DNA of 64,000 bases from Clostridium sp. CAG:762 (GTDB lineage Bacteria > Bacillota_I > Bacilli_A > RF39 > UBA660), in NCBI GenBank assembly GCA_000432575.1, contig HF996836.1, positions 4,314 to 68,313 of the forward strand. The letters are read 5' to 3'. Below the pieces are notes generated by a model. That model was not told the origin of the DNA. It saw nothing but the letters and a program-made list of their open reading frames with translations, and did not search any database. Positions 9,776-21,780 of this stretch are shown here, piece by piece; the first letter of the stretch is position 1, and every line of letters begins with the position of its first letter. A program made the position numbers and the translations under genes.

Positions 9776-10897
9776 TCATAAATTTAGTTTATTTATACAT
9801 TCATCAAATGTAGATAGGAAATAATCAATTTCACTTTCTGTTGTCATACAAGATATGCTAATTCTTAGAGTCGTATTTGATAATTCATAATCGTTGGTTA
9901 AAGCAAATACACTTTTAGATATTGAATCACTTTTGGAACAAGCACTTTTGGTAGATATATATATTTCTTTTTCTTCTAGGGCATGAATGAATGTTTCTGG
10001 TTTGATGTTTTTTAAACTAAAATTAATGGTATGAGGAATGGAATTATTAGTACTATTTATATGAACGTTTTTGTATGTACTAAGTTTTTCTTTTACTCTA
10101 TCACTTAATTTTTCTATATAGTCATAATTTTTATCTACGTTTGGAATGCTTAATTCTAGGGCTTTAGTAAGTCCTGCGATTAAAGGTAATGGTGGTGTGC
10201 CACTTCTATAGGGGGTTGTACTTTTTCCTCCGTGAATGAGTGGCTCAATTACAATGTTTTCTTTTTTTATTAGTAATCCTATACCTTTTGGTCCGAACAA
10301 TTTATGGGCTGACATACTAGCTAAATCAATGTTGTTAAAATCAATATCTATTTTACCTAGAGCTTGGGTACAATCTACATGAAAAAAGCATTTTGGATAA
10401 TTTTTTAAGATATTGGCAATTTCATTTATTGGTTCTTTGAGTCCTATTTCACTGTCAACAGCACATATGCTAACTAGAATTGTATCGTCTCTAAGGAGGC
10501 TTTTTAGGTGTTCTATATCTACTAAACCATTTTCTTTGATTTTAACAAAATCTACTTCAAAGCCTAAATCACTTAAATAGTTTAAGGGAGCTATAATAGA
10601 AGAGTGTTCTAAATATGTGGTTATGATGTGTTTACCACGATTTTGATATTTTAAACATATTCCTTTAATTGCTGTGTTGTTTGATTCACTAGCACCAGAG
10701 GTATATATGATTTCACTTGGTTTTACTTTGAGTAAATTACTAATTATTTTGGTACATTTATCTTCTAATTCTTTACTTTTTACCCCTAAGGAGTGTAAGG
10801 AATTGGAATTTCCAGGATACTCTAAAGATACTTTGTTATATATATCTAATACTTCTTTTCTAATTGGCGTGGTTGCCGAGTAATCTAAATATGTCAT
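9776..10897 (-). CDS. Cysteine desulfurase (class V aminotransferase, NifS/IscS-like)
   Basis: 373 aa with the PLP-lysine motif SAHKLFGPKGIGLL. Confidence 0.8.
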   Translation of the reverse strand: MTYLDYSATTPIRKEVLDIYNKVSLEYPGNSNSLHSLGVKSKELEDKCTKIISNLLKVKPSEIIYTSGASESNNTAIKGICLKYQNRGKHIITTYLEHSSIIAPLNYLSDLGFEVDFVKIKENGLVDIEHLKSLLRDDTILVSICAVDSEIGLKEPINEIANILKNYPKCFFHVDCTQALGKIDIDFNNIDLASMSAHKLFGPKGIGLLIKKENIVIEPLIHGGKSTTPYRSGTPPLPLIAGLTKALELSIPNVDKNYDYIEKLSDRVKEKLSTYKNVHINSTNNSIPHTINFSLKNIKPETFIHALEEKEIYISTKSACSKSDSISKSVFALTNDYELSNTTLRISISCMTTESEIDYFLSTFDECINKLNL

Positions 10898-10899
10898 TT

Positions 10900-11463
10900 T
10901 TACACTTCCTCATCTATAATTCTTACGTAATCTCCGTTTTTTAAATCGAAGGCATTGGCATCATCGGTATCTAAATGAAGTTCAAAATGATAACCTTTGC
11001 CTTTTTTGATATATACATTATCCATAATACCACCTTTTATTGTATTGACAATAACACTAACTTTTTGGCCATCATGATATGTATCGTCAATATTGTTAAC
11101 ATGGATATGTCTAACTGCTAAGATGCAACATTTTTTGGTGACTTTGCCTTTTGGTCCTACAATAGTAACAACACTGGCATCTTCAAAATGACCTGATGAA
11201 GCATATGCAGGATTAATTTTTAATGTATAGGTGTCTGTTTTAGAGACTTCTACTTGTGTATAATTACGAAATGGTCCTAAAACTCTTACATTGTTTAGGG
11301 TACCTGCTTCTGTTTTTATAGTTACAACATCGTTTGATGCAAACTCATCATCTTGTGATAAATCGTTTCTTTTTGTTAAATGACTATTTTTCCCAAATAA
11401 TATTTCATAATCACTTTCAAGTAAATGAACGTGTCTATTAGAAACTCCTACTCTTATATTCAT
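10900..11463 (-). CDS. pduL: PduL-type phosphate acyltransferase (PF06130, phosphotransacylase)
   Basis: MNIRVGVSNRHVHL...VLGPFRNYTQVEVSKTD...ILAVRHIHV matches the duplicated PduL repeat motifs. Confidence 0.6.
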   Translation of the reverse strand: MNIRVGVSNRHVHLLESDYEILFGKNSHLTKRNDLSQDDEFASNDVVTIKTEAGTLNNVRVLGPFRNYTQVEVSKTDTYTLKINPAYASSGHFEDASVVTIVGPKGKVTKKCCILAVRHIHVNNIDDTYHDGQKVSVIVNTIKGGIMDNVYIKKGKGYHFELHLDTDDANAFDLKNGDYVRIIDEEV

Positions 11464-11584
11464 ATAATCACCTTCAACCTTAAAAACATTATACTACATT
11501 TTTTTTGTTTTATAAAGAAAAAATCTAGTATTTTCATATTTTACTTAACTTATTCATATAATTTTTAAAGAAAGGAATGATTTT

Positions 11585-11947
11585 ATGAACAATGGTTATT
11601 ATGGTAGTAATCCTACTTTCCCTGGTACTGGTTTAAATAATAATACTATTCCAAACCAACAAAGTGTACCTAGTTATGAGGCTCAAAATGTTTTCACTAA
11701 TGATGAGGAGATGTCATATATTGAGAACATTCTTAGGTTAAATAAGGGGAAAATGGCTAAAGTATATGTAACAATTCCTGGTAGTGAAGATTATAAGGAT
11801 AAACTTTTTACAGGAGTAATTGAACAAGCTGGAAGAGATCATATTATCTTAAGTAATCCTACTAATGGGGAATGGTATTTAATTTTAATGATTTACTTGG
11901 ATTTTGTTACATTTGAAGAGCCAATTAAATTTATTAAAGAGTTTTAG
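11585..11947 (+). CDS. gerQ: GerQ-like spore coat protein
   Basis: 120 aa. Q/N-rich N-terminus and C-terminal GVIEQAGRDHIILSNPTNGEWYLILMIYLDFVTFEE resemble the GerQ/YwdL conserved domain, recalled from memory. Confidence 0.45.
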   Translation: MNNGYYGSNPTFPGTGLNNNTIPNQQSVPSYEAQNVFTNDEEMSYIENILRLNKGKMAKVYVTIPGSEDYKDKLFTGVIEQAGRDHIILSNPTNGEWYLILMIYLDFVTFEEPIKFIKEF

Positions 11948-11976
11948 TTGAAAAAATAGTTTTATTTTGCTATAAT
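11948..11976 (+). promoter_or_regulatory. SigmaA-type promoter with extended -10 (TTGAAA-N17-TGcTATAAT) for lemA
   Basis: -35 TTGAAA at 11948-11953, 17-bp spacer, TGnTATAAT at 11968-11976, SD AGGATGTGAG and ATG at 11996. Confidence 0.55.
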
Positions 11977-11995
11977 GTTTTTAGGATGTGAGAAT

Positions 11996-12544
11996 ATGGA
12001 CTTACTTTTTATATATTTATTAATTACTGTACTTATTATCTGTGGTCTTGTTGCTTTTTACATGGTTATTTATAATAAATTTCAGGAATCAATTATTAGA
12101 ATAAATGAAGCAGAGGCTAATATTGATACTCTTTTAAGGAGTAAGTATGATGATTTAAATAAGGCTATGGCTATTATAAAAGGGAATGTTAAAATTGAGA
12201 AAGAAATATTTGAGGATATTATTAAACTAAGGTCAAGAAAAATAAGTAATTTTGAATTGGATAGGCAATTGGTTCTAGCCACGAATGAATTTACTAGTTT
12301 AAAGACTGAATATAAGGAACTAGAAAAAAGTGAGGAAATAAAAAAGATATCTGTTTCATTAAAGGAAATAGATGATAAATTGGATACTTTAAAAAAATAT
12401 TATGACAAGAATATTACTAAATATAATAAATTAGTAAGAACTTTTCCTAATAATATTGTGGCTCTTATTTGTAAATATGAAGAAAAATTATTCTATGACA
12501 AAAAAGATATGAGTGATGATGATTATAATGATTTCAAATTATGA
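11996..12544 (+). CDS. lemA: LemA-family membrane protein
   Basis: Single N-terminal TM followed by a coiled LemA domain. Start placed at the ATG at 11996 with an SD, rather than the track start at 11975. Confidence 0.7.
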   Translation: MDLLFIYLLITVLIICGLVAFYMVIYNKFQESIIRINEAEANIDTLLRSKYDDLNKAMAIIKGNVKIEKEIFEDIIKLRSRKISNFELDRQLVLATNEFTSLKTEYKELEKSEEIKKISVSLKEIDDKLDTLKKYYDKNITKYNKLVRTFPNNIVALICKYEEKLFYDKKDMSDDDYNDFKL

Positions 12545-12546
12545 AA

Positions 12547-13218
12547 TCATTTTTTTATTCTCCAATCTATTTCTTTGATACCATTTGCTTTTAAGAAATT
12601 GTTTGTCTTTGAAAATGGTTTGCTTCCAAAAAAACCGTTTGAGGCTGAAAATGGTGATGGATGTGTCGATTCAATTACTAAATGTCTAGGATTAGTAATT
12701 AAATTTTTTTTACTTCGGGCAAAAGAGCCCCACAAAAGAAAGACAACTGGTGTTTCTTTTTCATTTACTTTTTTAATAATGGCATCAGTAAATAGTTCCC
12801 AACCCATGTTTTTATGTGAGGCTGGTTTATCTTTGGTAACGGTTAAAACAGCATTTAAGAGTAGAACTCCTTGTTTCGCCCATGGTTCTAAATTTCCTGT
12901 TTTAGCTATTTCACAACCTAAATCATTGTACAACTCTTTATAAATGTTTTGTAATGAAGGCGGTATTCTTACCCCATCGTTTACGGAGAACGATAGTCCG
13001 TTTGCTTCCCCTATTCCATGATATGGGTCTTGTCCTAAAATAACTACTTTGACATCATTATAATCAGTCATGGTAAGTGCGGACAAGATATGATTTTTAG
13101 GAGGAAATACAGTTTCTTCTTGATATATCTTGTTTACAAATTTAACTAAATTAATAAAATACTCTTTTTTATATTCACTATCTAATACTTTATCCCAATT
13201 GTTTCCTACAAATACCAT
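12547..13218 (-). CDS. ung: Uracil-DNA glycosylase
   Basis: GQDPYHG active-site motif and the HPSP motif of family-1 UDG. Confidence 0.9.
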   Translation of the reverse strand: MVFVGNNWDKVLDSEYKKEYFINLVKFVNKIYQEETVFPPKNHILSALTMTDYNDVKVVILGQDPYHGIGEANGLSFSVNDGVRIPPSLQNIYKELYNDLGCEIAKTGNLEPWAKQGVLLLNAVLTVTKDKPASHKNMGWELFTDAIIKKVNEKETPVVFLLWGSFARSKKNLITNPRHLVIESTHPSPFSASNGFFGSKPFSKTNNFLKANGIKEIDWRIKK

Positions 13219-13219
13219 A

Positions 13220-13771
13220 CTACTCACATTCCTTATCATTAATTATATAACTATACTTATAACTATATTCATCATAATTTATTTCTACTTTTAAGCATGT
13301 GCTTACATCTTTATTATCTACACTTCTAATTACTCTTTTGTCTTTGTTACCTTTTAAAAATCCATTGTAAATAAGTTCTATGGCACTTATGGTGGTTTTA
13401 TCATATATAGCTGTACAGGTATAAGGTATCAATATAACAGTATCTTTTTTAATTAGATAATTATTTTCACATTCATTCATTCCAATACTACTACATATTA
13501 ATTCATTACTTATATTATATTTATTACTAATATCATTAATTTTGCTATCTTTATCTATTAGATAAACTTTATATAAACTGGATGAGGTGCTACATTCATT
13601 CACATAACTTTCGGCACCAGTTTTCATGTTTTCTTTTAACATTTCATATGTTTTTTTATTACCTAGATTGATTTTTTTTATAACATCTGGCATTGTGAAA
13701 ACTAAAACTAATCCTAATATTACTAGTACTCCAAGTAATTCTATTAAAGTAAATCCTTTCTTATTTGACAT
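13220..13771 (-). CDS. Prepilin-type N-terminal cleavage/methylation domain protein (type IV pilin / competence pseudopilin-like)
   Basis: N-terminus MSNKKGFTLIELLGVLVILG is a class III signal peptide (G/FTLIE). C-terminal cysteines are present. Confidence 0.7.
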   Translation of the reverse strand: MSNKKGFTLIELLGVLVILGLVLVFTMPDVIKKINLGNKKTYEMLKENMKTGAESYVNECSTSSSLYKVYLIDKDSKINDISNKYNISNELICSSIGMNECENNYLIKKDTVILIPYTCTAIYDKTTISAIELIYNGFLKGNKDKRVIRSVDNKDVSTCLKVEINYDEYSYKYSYIINDKECE

Positions 13772-13873
13772 ATTATCACATCTTTCTAAATCAATTTAAT
13801 TATAATATAATATTATACTAATGTCAAGTATTGTTTCAAACAAATGTATGAAGTAAGTAATGTAAAAAAGATA

Positions 13874-14110
13874 CTAGTTTTTATTCTTAGTATCTACTAA
13901 AATAATATCTTCCCCAATTTTAAGTATTTGCATCCATTTAACCTCATATTCTTCTTTGCTACTTAAGATTTTTCTATTAAATCCTCTTTCAATGACCATA
14001 CTATTAATTTTGCCATTAGATGGATCAATAACAATATCAATAATTTTACCTACTTTTTTGCCATCAACAATATCGATAATCTCTTTGCTTTGTAAATCGG
14101 ATAGACGCAT
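13874..14110 (-). CDS. ylmC: PRC-barrel protein YlmC/YmxH (sporulation-associated)
   Basis: 78 aa. MRLSDLQSKEIIDIVDGKKVGKI... matches the YlmC/YmxH family. Confidence 0.7.
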   Translation of the reverse strand: MRLSDLQSKEIIDIVDGKKVGKIIDIVIDPSNGKINSMVIERGFNRKILSSKEEYEVKWMQILKIGEDIILVDTKNKN

Positions 14111-14142
14111 AGTACCACCTAATTAAATATATGTAATTATTT

Positions 14143-14916
14143 TTATTTAATTAGTTTTTTAATATTAGTAATAGCATTTTTTTCAATTCTTGATATTTGG
14201 GCTTGGCTAATACCTAGTTCATCAGCAATTTCCATTTGAGTTTTACCAATTATAAATCTTTCGTTTAATATTTTTCTTTCTCTTTTTTTTAATTTTTCTA
14301 AGGCTTTGCTTAAGGCAATTTTTGTTTCTAACTCATATTCATCTTTTTGGTTAGATATTTGGTCATATAAATAGATAGTGTCTCCTCCATCGTTATAAAT
14401 AGGTTCATACATACTAATGGGACTAGATAAGGAGTCGAGGGCATTAACAATATCATATTCACTTACATTAAGAATATTTGCAATTTCTTTATTAGTAGGA
14501 TAATTACCATTTTTATCTTGCATTTCTTCTCTTAATTTTAATGTTTTGTATGCAATGTCTTTGATACTTCTGGAAATTCTAAGTGCATTATTATCTCTTA
14601 GATATCTTTTTATTTCTCCACTTATCATGGGGACTGCATAAGTACTAAGTTTTAATCCATAAGATAAATCGAAATTATCGATGGCTTTTATTAAGCCAAT
14701 AACGCCAACTTGAAATAAATCATCCATATTTTCGTTTCTACTTGAGAAAGATCTTAATATGCTAAGTACTAATTTTAAATTGCCATTTATGAGTTCTTCT
14801 TTAGCAAATATGTCTCCTTCTTTCATTCTTTTAAATAAGTTAATCATTTCTTCATTACTTAAAACTTTAATATTAGCAGTATTTACGTTTGCTATTTGTA
14901 CTTTATGACGTGGCAT
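14143..14916 (-). CDS. sigG: RNA polymerase sporulation sigma factor, SigG-like (SigF/SigG group)
   Basis: 257 aa. N-terminus MPRHKVQIANVNT..VLSNEEM..L closely parallels the SigG N-terminus. Sigma-70 regions 2-4 are present. Confidence 0.6.
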   Translation of the reverse strand: MPRHKVQIANVNTANIKVLSNEEMINLFKRMKEGDIFAKEELINGNLKLVLSILRSFSSRNENMDDLFQVGVIGLIKAIDNFDLSYGLKLSTYAVPMISGEIKRYLRDNNALRISRSIKDIAYKTLKLREEMQDKNGNYPTNKEIANILNVSEYDIVNALDSLSSPISMYEPIYNDGGDTIYLYDQISNQKDEYELETKIALSKALEKLKKRERKILNERFIIGKTQMEIADELGISQAQISRIEKNAITNIKKLIK

Positions 14917-15021
14917 AAAAATCTCCTTTCATAGAAATATTGCTATAAAAAGAAATTTATTATACATATATTTTATTATTTTGTTTTTGCTACTTGCAAT
15001 TTTAGTTTTTAAGAATGTTTT

Positions 15022-15050
15022 TTTTAGAACTAAAACGGCATAGCAAATGA
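15022..15050 (+). repeat. 30-bp dispersed repeat, copy c (diverged)
   Basis: TTTTAGAACTAAAACGGCATAGCAAATGA. A partial inverted partner TTTTTGCTACTTGCAATTTTAG lies at 14985-15006. Confidence 0.7.
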
Positions 15051-15082
15051 AAAAAAGAAAAATACAATTATAAGTATTCTTC

Positions 15083-16189
15083 TTATTTTAAATAATTTCT
15101 ATATTTTTTAAAGGCATCATGTTTTTCTAACTCATTATTATCTAAACTTTCAAATATTCTTTTTTGTTCTCTTGATAGTTTTTCTGGAATGATGACATTT
15201 AGGATAACATACATATCACCATATCTTTTATTAGAAACATTTTGCATACCTTTTCCTTTTAATCTTAACTTATCACCATTTTGTGAACCATCTGGAATGG
15301 TTAAGTTAACAAGGCCATATGCTGTAGGAACTTCTTTTTTGCATCCTAATACTGCTTCTTTTATTGTTAATGGTATAGTTACATAAATATCGTCATCTTT
15401 TCTTTGAAAAAATTCATGCTTTTTGACGGTAAATTCAATATATAGGTCTCCTTGTCTTCCTCCGTTGATACCAGCTTCACCTTTTCCGGCAAGTCTTAAT
15501 CTGTTACCATCGTCTACTCCTGCGGGAATAGTTACTGTAATTGTCTTGTTTTTCTTTACTGTTCCAATTCCTTTACAAGTACTACATTTTCTTTCGTATG
15601 TTTTACCTTTTCCTTTACATTCTGGACAGGTTATTTTAGTAAGAAAACTCCCAAATAATGTTCTTTGTTCGGTTGCAATAGTTCCTGAACCATGGCATTT
15701 ATCACAGGTATGAAAATCAAAGCCACCTTTACCATTACACTCACTGCATTCTTCGGTAACATCTAAATTAATATCTCTAGTGGTACCATTTACAGCTTCC
15801 ATGAAGTCAATGCTCATACGGTATAAAATGTCATTGCCATCTCTAGCACTTGAAGTATTGCTTCTTCTACTAGAGGAAAAACCAAAACCTGACAATATAT
15901 CATCAAATATATCATTCATGCCTCCAAAGTCAAAACCTTCAAAGCCTGAGAAACCTCCACTGGCATTTGTGAATGCAGAATGTCCAAATTGATCATATTT
16001 GCTTCTTTTGTCTTTATCACTTAATACAGCATATGCTTCTTGTACTTCTTTAAATTTTGCTTCAGCATCAGGTTCTTTGCAAACATCAGGGTGATATTTT
16101 TTTGCTAATTTACGGAAAGCACTTTTTATTTCATCATCAGTTGCATTTTTAGAAACTCCTAAAACCTCATAATAATCTTTTTTATTCAT
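15083..16189 (-). CDS. dnaJ: Chaperone DnaJ
   Basis: J domain (HPD), G/F region, four CxxCxGxG zinc-finger repeats. Confidence 0.95.
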   Translation of the reverse strand: MNKKDYYEVLGVSKNATDDEIKSAFRKLAKKYHPDVCKEPDAEAKFKEVQEAYAVLSDKDKRSKYDQFGHSAFTNASGGFSGFEGFDFGGMNDIFDDILSGFGFSSSRRSNTSSARDGNDILYRMSIDFMEAVNGTTRDINLDVTEECSECNGKGGFDFHTCDKCHGSGTIATEQRTLFGSFLTKITCPECKGKGKTYERKCSTCKGIGTVKKNKTITVTIPAGVDDGNRLRLAGKGEAGINGGRQGDLYIEFTVKKHEFFQRKDDDIYVTIPLTIKEAVLGCKKEVPTAYGLVNLTIPDGSQNGDKLRLKGKGMQNVSNKRYGDMYVILNVIIPEKLSREQKRIFESLDNNELEKHDAFKKYRNYLK

Positions 16190-16197
16190 AATATAAC

Positions 16198-17997
16198 CTA
16201 CTTACTACTTAATATTTTTTTTAATTCTTCTTTTTTCTTGGCAAATAATTCTAAAGCTTCATCAATAACTTTGCCACTTTCTAAATCAATGCCAAGATCT
16301 TTTAATAATTCTATTGGGTATTTACTACATCCACTTTTAAGGAAATTTATATATTTTTCTAACATGTTATCTTTTTTATTTATTATATCATATGCTATTT
16401 TAATGGCAATGGATAAACCTGTTGCATATTTGTATACATAAAATGAACTATAAAAGTGTGGAATTCTTTCCCATTCATATTTGATTAAGTCATCACTTAC
16501 TATTTTGTCACCATAGTATAATTTATTTAGTTCATAATAAGTGCTTGTAAATTCGTTACAAGTAAGGGGAATACCTTTTTGTTCTTTATCATGCATGATC
16601 ATTTCAAATTCGGCAAACATTGTTTGTCTATATATAGTGGTTCTTACATCTTCTAAGAATTCACTTAGATATGTAATTTTGTCTTCAGTTGTCTTAGCAT
16701 GTTCATATAGATAATTGTTTAATATCATTTCATTTACGGTGGATGCTATTTCCGCTAAAAGGATAGGATAATCATAGTATGTGTAACTTTGATTATGGGT
16801 TGAATAATAACTATGTAAGGAGTGGCCTAGTTCATGGGCTAGTGTAGAAACAGAATTAATCGTATTATCATAATTGAGTAATAGATAAGGGTTTGTTCCA
16901 TAGGTACCCCAGCTATAGGCTCCGCTTTTTTTGCCTTTATTGGGATAAACATCAATCCATTTTTCGTTAAATGCTTTGGTTAGGAGGCTAGAATAATCAG
17001 AACCGAGTGGTTTTAATGCTTCAATTACTAGTTTTTTGCCTTCTTCATAACTTATATCTTTTTCTTCTAAGGTAGTAATTAGAGTATAAATATCATACAT
17101 ATGCATTTCTTCTAGGTTTAAAAATTTTCTTTTTAGTTCTAAATAGTCATACATTTTATCTAAGTTATTATGAACTTTGTTAATTAGATTTTGATAAGTT
17201 TTAATATCTACTCTATCTTTATACAAGCTAGCTTCAAGAGGTGAATTATAGCCTCTTATTTCACTTAATGCGATGTCTTCTTTTATTTTTCCTTTATAGG
17301 TTGCTGAAAATGTATTTTTATGATTTTTATAGAATTCATACATGATATTAAAGGCACTTTCTCTAATGTTACGGTTCTTACTTTTCATGTATTTGTTGTA
17401 ATTACTGCTAGTAAGTGATATTTCATTACCTTTTTCATCTTTGATATTGCCTAGTATAATATCAGCATTCATTAAATTATATTGAACATCATATGGAACT
17501 CCTAGAGCATTATTTAATTTAGCAATAACTTTTTCTTCTTTTTCACTTAGAGTGTATTTTTGATAAGCAAAGGTTTTTTCTAAATCAAAACGATATGGTT
17601 CTAGTTTTTTGTTTTTTTCGATTAGTTTTAAGATGTCTTTGTAATCATGTTTTAATAGATTTGGTGTTATGAATGATAATTTATCACTCATGATTTCTCC
17701 TAGTTTTTCTGTTCTAAGTTTTAAACTTTGTTTATCACTATCTAAGGTATCTGTATCACAGTTCATGTGTGCATATACATATAATTGGGAAAATTTGTTA
17801 TCCAATTCTTCGTAATCTTTTAAGAAGTTGTATAAGGTGTTTTCATCTTTGGTAATTATATCTTTATAATTACTGATATTATTAATTAATTTTTCTATTT
17901 CTTTATATTTTTTATCAAATTCGTTTTTGTCTTTGACTATTTTTGTTAAATCCCATTTGTACTTATTATCTATTTCACTTCTTTTCAAAATACCCAT
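16198..17997 (-). CDS. pepF: Oligoendopeptidase F (M3B family)
   Basis: 599 aa with the HELGH zinc-binding motif ([12 protein letters not shown]). Confidence 0.85.
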   Translation of the reverse strand: MGILKRSEIDNKYKWDLTKIVKDKNEFDKKYKEIEKLINNISNYKDIITKDENTLYNFLKDYEELDNKFSQLYVYAHMNCDTDTLDSDKQSLKLRTEKLGEIMSDKLSFITPNLLKHDYKDILKLIEKNKKLEPYRFDLEKTFAYQKYTLSEKEEKVIAKLNNALGVPYDVQYNLMNADIILGNIKDEKGNEISLTSSNYNKYMKSKNRNIRESAFNIMYEFYKNHKNTFSATYKGKIKEDIALSEIRGYNSPLEASLYKDRVDIKTYQNLINKVHNNLDKMYDYLELKRKFLNLEEMHMYDIYTLITTLEEKDISYEEGKKLVIEALKPLGSDYSSLLTKAFNEKWIDVYPNKGKKSGAYSWGTYGTNPYLLLNYDNTINSVSTLAHELGHSLHSYYSTHNQSYTYYDYPILLAEIASTVNEMILNNYLYEHAKTTEDKITYLSEFLEDVRTTIYRQTMFAEFEMIMHDKEQKGIPLTCNEFTSTYYELNKLYYGDKIVSDDLIKYEWERIPHFYSSFYVYKYATGLSIAIKIAYDIINKKDNMLEKYINFLKSGCSKYPIELLKDLGIDLESGKVIDEALELFAKKKEELKKILSSK

Positions 17998-18031
17998 ATT
18001 TTATAATATCCTTTCAATATAATACTAGTTA

Positions 18032-18060
18032 TAGGAAGTCCTAGTGTTAGAACTTCCTAT
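18032..18060 (-). other. Stable hairpin between dnaK and pepF (no U-tract on the minus strand, so not a clean terminator)
   Basis: 8-bp stem TAGGAAGT / ACTTCCTA with a 12-nt loop. Confidence 0.4.
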
Positions 18061-18076
18061 ATACATATTTGTATTA

Positions 18077-20486
<2,410 letters not shown>

Positions 20487-20497
20487 AAATTCAACTC

Positions 20498-21493
20498 CTA
20501 ACTAATATCTATATTATCTCTAATGTAGTTTAGAATGCCTACGACTTTATCATATTCCATTCTTTTTGGACCTATTATGGCAATGGTGCCTTCTTCTCCA
20601 TTGTAATTATATTTTGTTTTTATTACTGCAACATCTGGAGATAATTCACTTTCGTTACCAATATAAATATTAATTCCATTATCTTCTTCTTCCATCTTGC
20701 TAACTTTATCAATATCTTCAAAATTATTTAAGATTTCTTTAACTTTTTCAATGTTATTAAATTCTGGTTGCTTTAAAAAATTGTTTTTTCCTATAAATTG
20801 AACATCACTACTTCTTGTTGAAAATTCATTAAAGGCATTGTAAAATGCATCATATAATACTTCATGTTCTTTAACAAAACGAGGAATTATTGGTTTTACT
20901 TCAAATTCTAGTTTTGAACTTATTTCATCTATGGGAGTACCAATGAGTAGTTTATTAATTAAATCTACTGTTTGTTTAACTTCTAAGGATGAAATGTTAG
21001 AAGGTATTATCATCATTTTATGTTCTACATGGCCTTTGTCCGTTATTATCATGGTGATTATTTTGTTATCTCCAAGTGGTATTACTTCAACTTTTTTTAG
21101 TCTGTTAATGCTTGAGGTATTACCAAGTACTACTGAGGTATAATTGGTAATTTCTGTTACTATTTCGATACTTTTTTTTATGGCATCACTTAAGACTAAA
21201 GTATTATTTTTAAATATGGTTTGTAACTTTAACATATCTTCTCTGGTCATATCTTTTGGTGTCATTAATTCATCAACATAGTACCTATATCCTTTTTCAC
21301 TTGGGACACGTCCTGATGAGATGTGAGTTTTTTCTAATAAACCAACTTCTTCTAAGTACATCATTTCATTACGTACTGTTGCACTTGAACAATTAAGTTT
21401 CTTAGCTACATACCCACTTCCAACTGGTCTTGCTGTTTTAATGTAATCTTCTACAATGATTTTTAAGATGTTCTGTCTTCTATCATTAAGCAA
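20498..21493 (-). CDS. hrcA: Heat-inducible transcription repressor HrcA
   Basis: 331 aa winged-helix N-terminus, first gene of the dnaK operon, CIRCE immediately upstream. Confidence 0.9.
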   Translation of the reverse strand: MLNDRRQNILKIIVEDYIKTARPVGSGYVAKKLNCSSATVRNEMMYLEEVGLLEKTHISSGRVPSEKGYRYYVDELMTPKDMTREDMLKLQTIFKNNTLVLSDAIKKSIEIVTEITNYTSVVLGNTSSINRLKKVEVIPLGDNKIITMIITDKGHVEHKMMIIPSNISSLEVKQTVDLINKLLIGTPIDEISSKLEFEVKPIIPRFVKEHEVLYDAFYNAFNEFSTRSSDVQFIGKNNFLKQPEFNNIEKVKEILNNFEDIDKVSKMEEEDNGINIYIGNESELSPDVAVIKTKYNYNGEEGTIAIIGPKRMEYDKVVGILNYIRDNIDIS

Positions 21494-21506
21494 TTTATCA
21501 CTTCCC

Positions 21507-21533
21507 TTAGCACTTCTATTATATGAGTGCTAT
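21507..21533. promoter_or_regulatory. CIRCE operator (HrcA binding site)
   Basis: TTAGCACTT-N9-GAGTGCTAT matches the TTAGCACTC-N9-GAGTGCTAA consensus at 16 of 18 positions. Confidence 0.9.
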
Positions 21534-21537
21534 AATC

Positions 21538-21566
21538 ATTGTATTACTATATATTAGCAATGTCAA
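21538..21566 (-). promoter_or_regulatory. SigmaA promoter of the hrcA-grpE-dnaK operon (TTGACA-N17-TACAAT)
   Basis: On the minus strand, TTGACA at 21561-21566, 17-bp spacer, TACAAT at 21538-21543, directly followed by CIRCE. Confidence 0.75.
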
Positions 21567-21691
21567 TAGTTAATTGCTAATTTTTTAAATTTTTTTTATT
21601 TTTGTCGTTTGCTACACTGCTTTAGTGCATAAATTTACTTGGGTTATGTAAATAGAATTAGTAATAGGATGGTGTTTTTTGATGATATATT

Positions 21692-21720
21692 TTTTAGAAT
21701 TATAACAGCATAGCAAAAGT
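21692..21720 (+). repeat. 30-bp dispersed repeat, copy d
   Basis: TTTTAGAATTATAACAGCATAGCAAAAGT. A partial inverted partner TTTGCTACACTGCTTTAG lies at 21608-21625. Confidence 0.8.
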
Positions 21721-21780
21721 GTAAAATAAAAACTTAGATAATATTTCTAAGCTTCTATTTAGTTATACTTGTTCTCTTTT

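Noticed and set aside
11975-11995. Track start codon of lemA at 11975 (MFLGCEN...)
   Set aside because: This start would lie within the -10 to +1 region of the recognised promoter and lacks an SD. The ATG at 11996 is preceded by AGGATGTGAG.
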